Part shown: piece by piece, positions 36,079-45,378 of the stretch
Layout: each line of letters starts with the position of its first letter
Numbering within the stretch: position 1 is the first letter of the stretch
NCBI GenBank assembly: GCA_963695885.1
Contig: CAVOIH010000032.1
Coordinates: forward strand, 31,188 to 95,187
Origin: an uncultured Solirubrobacterales bacterium
GTDB lineage: Bacteria > Actinomycetota > Thermoleophilia > Solirubrobacterales > 70-9
Reading direction: 5' to 3'
DNA: 64,000 nt
Notes under the pieces: model-generated
Database searches by the model: none
What the model was told of the DNA's origin: nothing
What the model saw: only the letters and a program-made list of their open reading frames with translations
Position numbers and translations under genes: made by a program

Positions 36079-37443
36079 ATGACCACCGAAACCGTGATCG
36101 ACCGTGCCCGGCTCACCGAGTGTCTCGATTACGAACTGAAGTCGTTCGTCGAGGCCAACCCGAAGTCGAAGGAGCTTTACGAGCGGGCCCGGAAGTCACT
36201 GGTGGGAGGGGTGCCGATGCCGTGGATGATGCGGTGGGCCGGGGGCTTTCCGGTCTTCGTGAAGATCGCGATCGGCGCCCGCATCATCGACGTCGACGAC
36301 CACACCTACATCGACTTCTGCCTCGGCGACACCGGCGCGATGCCCGGCCACGACCCCGAACCGGTGGTCCGCGCGATCTCCGCTCAGGAGCAGACCGGCA
36401 TCACCACGATGCTGCCGACCGAGAACGCCGCCTGGGTGGGGGAGGAGCTGCAGCGCCGCTTCGGGCTCGACCGCTGGATGTTCACCCTGACCGCCACCGA
36501 CGCCAACCGGGCGGCACTCCGGATCTGCCGGCAGATCACCGGCCGGCCGAAGGTCCTGATCTTCAGCTACAGCTACCACGGCTCGGTCGACGAGGCTTTC
36601 GCCGTGGCCGGTCCGGACGGCGGAACCGTCTCCCGCGAGGGCAACGTCGGGCCGCCGGTCGATCCGGCGGTGACCACCACCGCGATCGAGTTCAACGACC
36701 TCGAAGCCCTGGAGAAGGCCCTGGCCACCGGCGAGATCGCCTGCGTCCTGGCCGAGCCGGCGATGACGAACATGGGGATCGTGCTGCCCGATGACGGCTA
36801 CCACGATGCACTGCGGGAGCTGACCAGGAAGCACGGCACCCTGCTGATCATCGACGAGACGCACACCTTCTCGGCCGGGGCCGGCGGCTGCACGAAGGCC
36901 TGGGGTCTCGAGCCCGACCTCTTCACGATCGGCAAGGCGATCGGGTCCGGCGTCCCGGCAGGAGCGCTCGGCCTGACCGGTGAAGTGACCGAGAGGCTCT
37001 TCGACCAGGCCGACGCCGACTACGAGGACACCGGGGGAGTCGGGGGCACCCTGGCCGGCAACGCCCTTTCGATGGCGGCGGTCCGGGCGACCCTGTCCGA
37101 GGTCCTGACCGAAGAGGCTTTCGAATATACGATCCCGCTGGCGACCCGTTTCACTGAAGGCGTCCGGTCGGTGATCGACGAGAACAGCCTGCCCTGGAGC
37201 GTCACCCAGCTGGGAGCACGCGCCGAGTACCGGTTCGAAGCCGTGCCTTCCCGCAACGGCACCGAGGCCAACCGGGCGAGTGACGAAGAGCTCGAGAGAT
37301 TCATGCACGTCCACGCGCTGAACCGCGGGGTGCTGATCACGCCCTTCCACAACATGGCGCTGATGTCGCCTTTGACCACCGAGGCCGATGTCGACCGCCA
37401 CACCGAGGTATTTCGCGACGCGGTCCTCGACCTGCTGGCGTAG
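36079..37443 (+). CDS. Class III PLP-dependent aminotransferase (GSA-aminomutase-like)
   Basis: 454 aa. FCLGDTGAM, IIDETHTF, PLP lysine in TIGKAIGSG. Confidence 0.8.
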   Translation: MTTETVIDRARLTECLDYELKSFVEANPKSKELYERARKSLVGGVPMPWMMRWAGGFPVFVKIAIGARIIDVDDHTYIDFCLGDTGAMPGHDPEPVVRAISAQEQTGITTMLPTENAAWVGEELQRRFGLDRWMFTLTATDANRAALRICRQITGRPKVLIFSYSYHGSVDEAFAVAGPDGGTVSREGNVGPPVDPAVTTTAIEFNDLEALEKALATGEIACVLAEPAMTNMGIVLPDDGYHDALRELTRKHGTLLIIDETHTFSAGAGGCTKAWGLEPDLFTIGKAIGSGVPAGALGLTGEVTERLFDQADADYEDTGGVGGTLAGNALSMAAVRATLSEVLTEEAFEYTIPLATRFTEGVRSVIDENSLPWSVTQLGARAEYRFEAVPSRNGTEANRASDEELERFMHVHALNRGVLITPFHNMALMSPLTTEADVDRHTEVFRDAVLDLLA

Positions 37444-37452
37444 GCTCCCGGC

Positions 37453-38280
37453 ATGGAAAACCGGCCGAACATCGCACTCATCACCGGAGCGTCGAGCGGA
37501 ATCGGGGAGGCCACCGCCTGGCGGATGGCGCAGGTCCCCGGCACGGAACTCGTGCTCGTCGCCCGCCGCGAAGACCGCCTGCGCGAGCTGGCCAAGCGGC
37601 TGCCGGTTCCGGCCACCTACGTTGCCGTCGACCTGACCGCGGAAGACGCGCCCGACCGGATCCTCGCCCACGTCCAGGAGCACCACGAGCGGCTCGACCT
37701 CCTGGTCAACAACGCCGGCGCCTCGTGGCGCGGCACCTTCGGGGACGAGGGCTACGACAACGTGCGCCGCACTTTTGACCTCAACTTCGACTCGGTCGTC
37801 CGCCTGACCGAAGTCATGTTGCCGATGCTCCGCGCGTCCGCTCCCAGTTCGATCGTCAACGTGGCCAGCACGGCCGCCCGGGTCTCGAGGGGCGGCGCCG
37901 GGGCCTACTCGGCATCCAAGTACGCGCTGGCCGGCTGGACCGACGCGCTCCACCTCGAAGAGGGGGCGAACGGCGTGCACGTCGGCCTCGTCCTGCCCGG
38001 TTTCGTGCAGACCGAAGGCTTCCCGGCCGACGAACTCACCGGCAAGCTCGCCACCCGCTGGATGGTCACCTCGGCCGGCAAGGCGGCCGACGCGATCTAC
38101 GAGGCAGGGCCGGGAGGCAAGGCGGAGCGATACGTGCCGAGGCCCTACGGCCTGATCGCGGTGCTGAAGATCCTTGCTCCGGGACTCATCCGGAGGATCC
38201 TCGGCGGGGCGGCGGGCGACGTCGTGGTCACGAAGACCGGGGCCGACGCGGCCGACCGGGCGAAGCAGAGCCAGGGCTAG
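37453..38280 (+). CDS. SDR family oxidoreductase
   Basis: 275 aa. TGASSGIGEA cofactor motif, NNAG, YSASK catalytic motif. Confidence 0.85.
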   Translation: MENRPNIALITGASSGIGEATAWRMAQVPGTELVLVARREDRLRELAKRLPVPATYVAVDLTAEDAPDRILAHVQEHHERLDLLVNNAGASWRGTFGDEGYDNVRRTFDLNFDSVVRLTEVMLPMLRASAPSSIVNVASTAARVSRGGAGAYSASKYALAGWTDALHLEEGANGVHVGLVLPGFVQTEGFPADELTGKLATRWMVTSAGKAADAIYEAGPGGKAERYVPRPYGLIAVLKILAPGLIRRILGGAAGDVVVTKTGADAADRAKQSQG

Positions 38281-38288
38281 AACTCATA

Positions 38289-38345
38289 AGGATCGGGTCC
38301 TGACGTCTTGATCCACGCTTCGCGGTGATCAAGGCGGCGAGACCC
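38289..38345 (+). repeat. Structured intergenic hairpin repeat, copy B
   Basis: aggatcgggtcctgacgtcttgatcc-acgcttcgcggt-gatcaaggcggcgagaccc. Lies 8 nt after the SDR stop, between convergent genes. Confidence 0.8.
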
Positions 38346-38348
38346 TAG

Positions 38349-38912
38349 CTACTTGTCGGGGCGGTCCGGGTAGACGTCGTCGATCGTGGTCAGCGCCTCG
38401 TAAGGCGCATCGGCTGCGGCGCTGATCCTCTCGGCGCCGCCGGCCAGGCGGTCGACCACGCTGAGCACACCCGCGATCTCGAAACCTTCGTCCCGGACCC
38501 GCTCGATCGCCGAGACGGTCGAGCCGCCGGTCGTGACCGTGTCCTCGACGACCAGCACGCGGTCCCCGGGATGGGCGGCGCCTTCGACCCAGCGCTGGAG
38601 ACCGTGGTCCTTCCGAACCTTCCGCACGAAGAATCCGTTCAGTCCCCGGCCTTCGGGCACACTGATCGCCGCACAGGCGAGGGGGATCGCCGCCATCACC
38701 GGTCCGCCGACCGCGCCGCAGCCGAGCCCGGTGGCGTGGATCGCGATCAGCTTGCCGGCGGCGCTGAGGCCGGCCGGCTGCATGATGGTCCGGCGCACGT
38801 CGACGTAGTAGGAAGCCGTCGCTCCGCTCGAGAGGGTCACGTCCCCGAGCACCAGCGAATGCTCGCGCAGGAGTTCGATCAGGTGGTCGCGGGTTTTGCT
38901 CGGTCGGTCCAT
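38349..38912 (-). CDS. pyrE: Orotate phosphoribosyltransferase
   Basis: 187 aa. PRPP-binding VLVVEDTVTTGGS. Typical length. Confidence 0.85.
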   Translation of the reverse strand: MDRPSKTRDHLIELLREHSLVLGDVTLSSGATASYYVDVRRTIMQPAGLSAAGKLIAIHATGLGCGAVGGPVMAAIPLACAAISVPEGRGLNGFFVRKVRKDHGLQRWVEGAAHPGDRVLVVEDTVTTGGSTVSAIERVRDEGFEIAGVLSVVDRLAGGAERISAAADAPYEALTTIDDVYPDRPDK

Positions 38913-38929
38913 CTCTTGATCCTAGAGGC

Positions 38930-39682
38930 CTAGGAGTTGAGGACGATCAGGGCCAGGCCGTTGTTGAAGGCATGCAGGATGATCGCCGGCCAGAGCGAGT
39001 TGGTCTTCTCGTAGACCACCGAGAGGATCACGCCGAAGCCGATCAGCAGCGGCACCGCCGACCAGCCCGTCGAATAGTGGAGCAGGCCGAAGACGAGGCC
39101 GGCGATGAGCGCCGCCAGTGGCAGCGGGAACCGGGTTCGTACTCCGCCGAAGAGCATGCCCCGGAAGCAGACCTCCTCGGCGATCGGGGCGATCACCGCG
39201 ATCATCAGGATCTGGAGCGGGACCGGGCCGAAGTCCCCGGCGATGTCGTCCTGCTCCGGCTCGCCGACCGCCACCGAGTAGGCCAAGGCCAGCAAGATGT
39301 AGGTCAGTGCGCCGAGCCCGATCCACTTGGCCGCGGTGGAAACCCGGAACGACCGGAATCCGAGCCGGCCGAGAGCCGTCTTCGCTCCGCCCCCGGACAT
39401 CATCGCGAGCAGGAGGGGAACCCCCACGAAGCCGACTGCGGTGCAGAGCTGGATAGCGACCGTGGTGGCGAGCGCGAAGTCGTCCGCGTCGCCGCCGTCG
39501 ATGAAGATGAAGGGCAGACTGAGGAACAGTCCGCCGACCAGGGCAGCGAAGGTGGCGCCGGTCGCTTGCCATGGCCCCCAGGTCGCGAAGGGAAAGGCAT
39601 TCGGGTCCCTCGCGGCCTCCGGCTCTGCCGGAGGTGGCGAGGGGGGCGGGGGTTCACCGGGTGGGGGGAGGGTCACTTCCAT
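38930..39682 (-). CDS. CPBP (CAAX) family intramembrane metalloprotease
   Basis: 250 aa. EEVCFRG, FGLLH and HAFNN motifs. Confidence 0.8.
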   Translation of the reverse strand: MEVTLPPPGEPPPPSPPPAEPEAARDPNAFPFATWGPWQATGATFAALVGGLFLSLPFIFIDGGDADDFALATTVAIQLCTAVGFVGVPLLLAMMSGGGAKTALGRLGFRSFRVSTAAKWIGLGALTYILLALAYSVAVGEPEQDDIAGDFGPVPLQILMIAVIAPIAEEVCFRGMLFGGVRTRFPLPLAALIAGLVFGLLHYSTGWSAVPLLIGFGVILSVVYEKTNSLWPAIILHAFNNGLALIVLNS

Positions 39683-39704
39683 CAGGTCCCGGCATTCTCA
39701 CGAA

Positions 39705-39747
39705 CTGGCAATGAAATTGCCTCTGGTGGAGGCAATTTCATTGCCAG
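39705..39747. repeat. 43-nt perfect palindrome, copy 2 (ctggcaatgaaattgcctc-tggtg-gaggcaatttcattgccag)
   Basis: 19-bp perfect arms. Differs from copy 1 by a symmetric pair of substitutions. Lies in the divergent intergenic region between the CPBP protease and the PBP gene. Confidence 0.85.
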
Positions 39748-39817
39748 TCATGCAATCGCGGGGCCGCTTTCGCCCTCTTTAGCCGGCGCAAGCCTTGGCC
39801 CCGGTACTCTTTTAACC

Positions 39818-41986
39818 ATGACCAGGCGCCAGAGACGTGTGCGCCGGCGCCAGGGTGGCCCGCGAAAGAAGATTGTCGCGGCCGCCGCGGTCGTCGGAGG
39901 ATTGCTGCTCACCGCTGTGCTTGCGGCCGGTGGCTGGGTTCTGAGCATCGCCAGCGACGCCCCGGACGTCGCCCTCCTGAAGCCGATCGACAAGGGCCAG
40001 AACTCGGTCATCTACGCCGGTGACGGCTCCAAGCTCGGGCTGATCAATTCCGACGAGGTGCGCACCCCGGTCGACATCGACCAGATCCCGAAGAGCGTCC
40101 AGGAAGCGACGATCGCGATCGAGGACGAGCGCTTCTATTCCCACAACGGAATCGACATCGAAGGCGTGGCACGCGCCGCGACCAAGAACCTCGAGTCCGG
40201 TGAGATCTCCGAGGGTGCCTCGACCCTGACCATGCAGCTGATGCGCAACCTCTACATCACGAACCCCAAGCGGGATTTCGAGCGGAAGATCGTCGAGGCC
40301 AAGATGGCCGTCGACTACGAGGGGGACCACACCAAGGAGCAGATCCTCGAGTCGTACCTGAACACTGCTCCCTATGGCACGAACGAAGGTCGCACGGCGA
40401 TCGGCATCGACGCCGCCGCGAGGGTCTACTTCTCGACCAAGCCGGAAAAGCTGACACTGCCGCAGGCCGCCCTCCTGGCCGGGCTGCCGCAGGCTCCGAC
40501 CGATTACAACCCGTTCCAGAACCAGCGCGGCGCCCACGAGCGCCGCAACGAGGTCCTCGACGCGATGGCCGAGAACGGCTTCATCACCCAGGCCCGGGCG
40601 GACTCGGCGAAGAAGGCCGGAATGCAGCTGAACCCGGTCGAGGGCCTGTTCGACCGTGAGGAGCCCTTCTTCTTCGACTACGTCGAGTCGGAACTGATCA
40701 AGAAGTACGGGGTGAACACCGTGCGCCGCGGTGGCCTCAAGGTCTACACGACGATCGAGCCCTCGATGCAGGAGGCGGGCCTCGCCGCGCTCTCGGCCAA
40801 CCTCTACCCCGGTGGCCCGTCGGGCGCACTGGTCGCGATCGAGCCCACGACGGGCGAAGTCAAGGCGATGGTGTCCACCGCCTCCTACGACGACAACCAG
40901 TACAACCTCGCCGCCCAGGGCAAGCGCCAGCCCGGCTCGACCTTCAAGACGTTCACCCTCGCGGCCGCGATCAACGAGGGGATGGACCCGAACACCACCT
41001 ACTACGAGTCGAAGCCGCTGAACATCGACGACCCGGTCTACGGGCACTGGGAAGTCTCGACCTACGATGACTCCTACATCGGCACGACCAGCGTCGCCCA
41101 GGCCACTCTGGCGTCCGACAACTCGGTCTTCGCCCAGCTGGCGCTCGACGTCGGTCCGGACAAGGTCGCCGAGATGGCGAAGGCGCTCGGCATCAAGACC
41201 CACCTCGACGGTTACCCGGCCGAGACCCTCGGCGGCCTGAAGATCGGCGTCTCGCCGCTCGAGATGGCCGGCGCGTACTCGACGCTGGCCGCCGGCGGCC
41301 TCCGACATGACCCGACGGCCATTCGCAAGGTCACCTTCCCCGACGGTGACGAGGACCGGCCCACCAACGCCAAGCCCGTCCGGGTGATGTCGGAACCCGC
41401 CGCCTACGAAGTCACCAAGATCCTCCACGGCAACATCACGGGCGGCACTGGCACCGGTGCCTACACCGGCTGCATCGGCCAGGCCGGGAAGACCGGTACC
41501 ACCGACAACTTCACCGACGCCTGGTTCGTCGGCTACCAGCCCAACCTCGCCACCGCGACCTGGGTCGGATACCCGGAGTCGAACAGCATCAGCACGGGCA
41601 TCTCGGGTGGTGAGACCCCGGCCAGCATCTGGAACAGCTTCTACATCAATGCGGCCGTCCCCTGTGAGGAGTTCCCCGTGCCGGCCGAGGCGATGGACTG
41701 GAGCAGCTTCGGTGGCAACTACACCGTTTCCGCAGGCACCTCGAGCGATTTCGCCGACAGCGACACCGAAGCCATCGATGCCGGGACCGGTGAGGACCAG
41801 ACGATCGAAGACGAGGAAGATACCGGCGGCGCGGACACTCCCGTTACCGGCACCGATCCGGGCACCGGCACCCCGGCCCCCGAGCCCGCTCCGGCGCCGT
41901 CCCCTGCGCCGGCCCCCACGCCTCCGGTGACCCCGCCGAGCGGCGGAATCGGGGGCGGCGGAGGAGGAGTCTCGCCCCCGGGCTAA
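39818..41986 (+). CDS. Class A penicillin-binding protein (transglycosylase/transpeptidase, PBP1A-type)
   Basis: ATG at 39818 inside track ORF 38972-41986. GT51 motif EDERFYSHNGID; transpeptidase motifs STFK, SDN and KTGT. P/A/G-rich C-terminal tail. Confidence 0.85.
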   Translation: MTRRQRRVRRRQGGPRKKIVAAAAVVGGLLLTAVLAAGGWVLSIASDAPDVALLKPIDKGQNSVIYAGDGSKLGLINSDEVRTPVDIDQIPKSVQEATIAIEDERFYSHNGIDIEGVARAATKNLESGEISEGASTLTMQLMRNLYITNPKRDFERKIVEAKMAVDYEGDHTKEQILESYLNTAPYGTNEGRTAIGIDAAARVYFSTKPEKLTLPQAALLAGLPQAPTDYNPFQNQRGAHERRNEVLDAMAENGFITQARADSAKKAGMQLNPVEGLFDREEPFFFDYVESELIKKYGVNTVRRGGLKVYTTIEPSMQEAGLAALSANLYPGGPSGALVAIEPTTGEVKAMVSTASYDDNQYNLAAQGKRQPGSTFKTFTLAAAINEGMDPNTTYYESKPLNIDDPVYGHWEVSTYDDSYIGTTSVAQATLASDNSVFAQLALDVGPDKVAEMAKALGIKTHLDGYPAETLGGLKIGVSPLEMAGAYSTLAAGGLRHDPTAIRKVTFPDGDEDRPTNAKPVRVMSEPAAYEVTKILHGNITGGTGTGAYTGCIGQAGKTGTTDNFTDAWFVGYQPNLATATWVGYPESNSISTGISGGETPASIWNSFYINAAVPCEEFPVPAEAMDWSSFGGNYTVSAGTSSDFADSDTEAIDAGTGEDQTIEDEEDTGGADTPVTGTDPGTGTPAPEPAPAPSPAPAPTPPVTPPSGGIGGGGGGVSPPG

Positions 41987-43050
41987 CCCGCCTGGGCTTC
42001 TTCCTTCAGGGCTTCGACCACGTCTTCCTCGCCTGAGCGCCCGGCGAACAGGGTGACGACCCCGACGTAGATCAGTTCGACCACGGTCTGGGTGGCACGC
42101 ACCGCGATCGCGATCGCCGCGCCGACGCCGAAGTCGCCGCTCGGCAGGGCCGTCTTGACCGCCCAGGCGAAGGCCGCGTCACGGACGCCGAGGCCGGCTG
42201 GAGTCACCGCCGACACGACCGCGGCGAGGAACCCGATCATCTGTGACGCCGCGACGATCGGCAGGTCGCTGATGTCGAGGAAGTGAACCGACCTCGCGGC
42301 GAAGTACACGCCGAGGCCCATGATGCACCAGAGCGCGACGTAACTCACGAAGATGGTCAGCACGCCGCCGAAGGACATCATCTTCGGCAGGGGCTCCCGG
42401 CCGAGCGCGGTCAGGAGCTTCGTCGAGACCGGCCCGAAGATCCGCGGGTGGAGGAACAGCACCAGCAGTGGTGTAACCAGCAGTGGGACCCAGCGGAACG
42501 GGTTGTCCTGGAGGTCGGGGTGGGCGATCAGGAAGTAGCAGGCGATCGTCAGGGCGGCCGCGACCGAGACGGCCTGTTCGTAGACGATGCCGGCGGTCGA
42601 GACCCGCCGGGTCACGCCGACCTTCTCGGCCATGAGCACGCGGGCCAGCACGAAGAGCACGCTGCCCGGGATGTAGCGCACGAGGAGCGGCTGGGCCCAG
42701 ATCTTCTGGGTGTCGCCGGGCAAGACCGGTGACCCCATGAACTTGAGGATCAGGCCCCAGACCCCGGCGCTCCCGGTGTAATAGGCGAGCATCGCGAGGA
42801 TCGCGGGCAGCAACCAGACCAGATTGAACTCGACGCCCTTCTCGCGCAGCTCCGACCACTGGGAGACCACCGTGAATACGAGAAAGGCGAATATCAGGAA
42901 GGCGAATCCACCTTGGAGGATGAGCTTCGTCGAGCGCTTCTGTGGGGCCTTCTTGCCCACCGTCGAGCCGAAATGCCCGATGCGGTGGAGAAGGCTCTCC
43001 TCGGGTTTCTCTCCGTCGCTCTTGGTTTCCTCGCCCATCCGACTGGTCAT
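41983..43050 (-). CDS. Lysylphosphatidylglycerol-synthase-TM-like (UPF0104 flippase-like) membrane protein
   Basis: 355 aa, about 8 TM helices. The topology and GLGVRDAAF-type motif resemble the UPF0104 family. Confidence 0.6.
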   Translation of the reverse strand: MTSRMGEETKSDGEKPEESLLHRIGHFGSTVGKKAPQKRSTKLILQGGFAFLIFAFLVFTVVSQWSELREKGVEFNLVWLLPAILAMLAYYTGSAGVWGLILKFMGSPVLPGDTQKIWAQPLLVRYIPGSVLFVLARVLMAEKVGVTRRVSTAGIVYEQAVSVAAALTIACYFLIAHPDLQDNPFRWVPLLVTPLLVLFLHPRIFGPVSTKLLTALGREPLPKMMSFGGVLTIFVSYVALWCIMGLGVYFAARSVHFLDISDLPIVAASQMIGFLAAVVSAVTPAGLGVRDAAFAWAVKTALPSGDFGVGAAIAIAVRATQTVVELIYVGVVTLFAGRSGEEDVVEALKEEAQAG

Positions 43051-43064
43051 AGTGTCAAAGAGCC

Positions 43065-44057
43065 ATGGATGAAGGCATACGGGAATCCGAACTGATCGAG
43101 CTGTTCCGGTCCGCCGGTGCCACCTCTACGCGCCTCGGCGTCGGCATCGGCGACGACGCCGCGGTGACCCTCCCCGGCGGCGCCACGGCCACTTCGGTCG
43201 ATGCCGTGGTCGAAGGCGTCCACTTCCGGCCGGAGTGGAGTCCACCGGACGCGATCGCGCACAAGGCACTGGCCGCGGCGCTCTCCGACCTGGCCGCGAT
43301 GGCTGCCGAACCGGGCGAGGTATACGTGACCCTGGGGATCCCGGGCGGGACGAAGGACGACTTTCTCGGGAGGCTGGCAGCCGGCTTCACCGCTGCCGCC
43401 GAGACCTTCGGAGCGGTGCTGGCCGGCGGTGACACGGTCTCGTCACCGGTGCTCTTCGTGGCCGTGGCCGTCGTCGGGCACGCGGGCGCACCGAGCGAGT
43501 TCGTCCGGCGCTCCGGCGCGGCGCCCGGCGAGGTGGTCGCCGTCACGGGCACACTCGGCGGGGCCGCCGCCGGGCTCTGGCTGCTCGAGAACGGAAACCC
43601 CGAGGTCGAAGGGCTCGATCCCGGGTTCCGGTCGGCCCTGCTGGACCGGCAGCTACGCCCGAACCCCCGGCTCCATGCCGGGCGGGTCCTGGGCCGCCTG
43701 GGCGCAACAGCGATGGTCAACGTCAGCGACGGCCTGGCCGGCGACCTCGGCCACATCGCGGACATGTCAGGGGCCGGTATCTCGTGCGACGCCCGGCTCG
43801 TCCCCGTCCAGGCGGGCGTGGACGCGGTCGAATCGGCCGCGGGACTCTCCGCCGGCGATCTGGCCCTGGCCGGCGGAGAGGACTACGAGCTCGCGGTGAC
43901 CATCCCCGAGGCCGGCCTCGGACCCGCCCGCGAGGCCCTCAAAGCCCTTCACCTGGAGCTCACCCCGGTCGGGCGGGTGGCAGAAGGCGCCGGATTGACC
44001 CTGTTCGACGAAGCCGGCGAGCGCCCGGGGCCGGCCGGTTTCGACCACCTCGCCTGA
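43065..44057 (+). CDS. thiL: Thiamine-monophosphate kinase
   Basis: 330 aa. GIGDDAAV...DAVVEGVHF...ALSDLAAM; AIR-synthase-like fold pattern. Confidence 0.85.
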   Translation: MDEGIRESELIELFRSAGATSTRLGVGIGDDAAVTLPGGATATSVDAVVEGVHFRPEWSPPDAIAHKALAAALSDLAAMAAEPGEVYVTLGIPGGTKDDFLGRLAAGFTAAAETFGAVLAGGDTVSSPVLFVAVAVVGHAGAPSEFVRRSGAAPGEVVAVTGTLGGAAAGLWLLENGNPEVEGLDPGFRSALLDRQLRPNPRLHAGRVLGRLGATAMVNVSDGLAGDLGHIADMSGAGISCDARLVPVQAGVDAVESAAGLSAGDLALAGGEDYELAVTIPEAGLGPAREALKALHLELTPVGRVAEGAGLTLFDEAGERPGPAGFDHLA

Positions 44058-44091
44058 GGCCGGGACTGCCACCTGCGTATTCTCAGCAGTC

Positions 44092-45321
44092 GTGCCTTCT
44101 GCTCCGGATACCCGAGATCACCGCGCGAACACCGCGATGCGCTGGCCGCTGATCATCACCCTCGTGGTCCTTCTCGGGCTGCTGATCGCCGCATGCGGTT
44201 CGGACGACGGCATCGACGACGGGAACTCCGGCGACAGCCCCGCCGCGACCGCCGCGGCGCTGTCCGAGAAGCCGGAGGAGCCCGTCCTGATCGACACGAC
44301 GGGCGAGGCCTTCAACGCCGCCCGGATCTACCGCGACGCGGTGCCCAGCGTGATCTCGGTCCGAGCGGTCTTCGGCGGGGGCGACAATCCGTTCGGCGCC
44401 CAGGTCGCCGGCGGTTCCGGGTTCGTGCTGAACGGGAACGGGGAGCTGATCACCAACGCCCACGTGGTCTCCGACGGCGAAGGCGAGGACCGGTCCCCGG
44501 CGAAGCAGGTCTACGTCGAGTTCTACGACGGCAACATCCTGCCGGCCGAGATCCTCGGTTTCGATCCCTTCGCCGACGTCGCCCTGCTCAAGGTCGATCC
44601 GGGTGGGCTCGACCTCGAGCCCCTCGAGCTGGCGAACAGTGACAACGTGGTGGTCGGACAGCCGATCGCCGTCATCGGGTCGCCGTTCGGCGAGGACCAC
44701 TCGCTGGCGACCGGGGTCATCTCCCAGACCAACCGGTCGGTCAGGTCGCTCACCGACTTTCAGATCGAAGGCGCGATCCAGACGGACGCCGCGATCAACC
44801 CCGGCAACTCGGGCGGCCCCATGCTCGACGGCCAGGGGCGGGTGATCGGCATCAGCCAGCAGATCAAGGGAGGCTCCGGGGCGAGCGACGGGGTCGGCTT
44901 CGGCGTCCCCTCGAACACGATCGACTATTCCGCGAAGCAGCTGGAGGAGGACGGTGAGGCGAACTACGCCTACATCGGCGTCAGTACCCAGCCCATCTAC
45001 CCGCAGCTCGCCGAGAAGCTCGGCATCGATGCCAGTTCCGGCGCCCTGGTCGCCAGGGTGGTCCCGGACGGCCCGGCCGACGACGCCGGCATCGAAGGGG
45101 GAGACGGCGAGATCACCTTCCAGGGGTCGGTCTTCGATACGGGCGGTGACGTGATCGTCTCGATCGACGGCCTGCGGATCGAGAAGGCCGAAGACCTCGG
45201 CCGCATCGTCGGCCGGCTGGAGCCCGGGGACTCGGTCAACCTCGGAGTCGTCCGCGACGGCGAGGACCTCACCGTGAAGGTGGAGCTGGAAGAGCGCCCG
45301 ACGGCTCTCAGCAACCCCTGA
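44092..45321 (+). CDS. HtrA/DegP-family trypsin-like serine protease with PDZ domain
   Basis: 409 aa. N-terminal TM/signal, TNAHVV (His), GNSGGPM (Ser), C-terminal PDZ. Confidence 0.85.
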   Translation: MPSAPDTRDHRANTAMRWPLIITLVVLLGLLIAACGSDDGIDDGNSGDSPAATAAALSEKPEEPVLIDTTGEAFNAARIYRDAVPSVISVRAVFGGGDNPFGAQVAGGSGFVLNGNGELITNAHVVSDGEGEDRSPAKQVYVEFYDGNILPAEILGFDPFADVALLKVDPGGLDLEPLELANSDNVVVGQPIAVIGSPFGEDHSLATGVISQTNRSVRSLTDFQIEGAIQTDAAINPGNSGGPMLDGQGRVIGISQQIKGGSGASDGVGFGVPSNTIDYSAKQLEEDGEANYAYIGVSTQPIYPQLAEKLGIDASSGALVARVVPDGPADDAGIEGGDGEITFQGSVFDTGGDVIVSIDGLRIEKAEDLGRIVGRLEPGDSVNLGVVRDGEDLTVKVELEERPTALSNP

Positions 45322-45378
45322 CCGCCGGGGGCGGCTACTGGCAGCCGGACAAGAAACCCGGGCGTAGACTCTAAAGGT

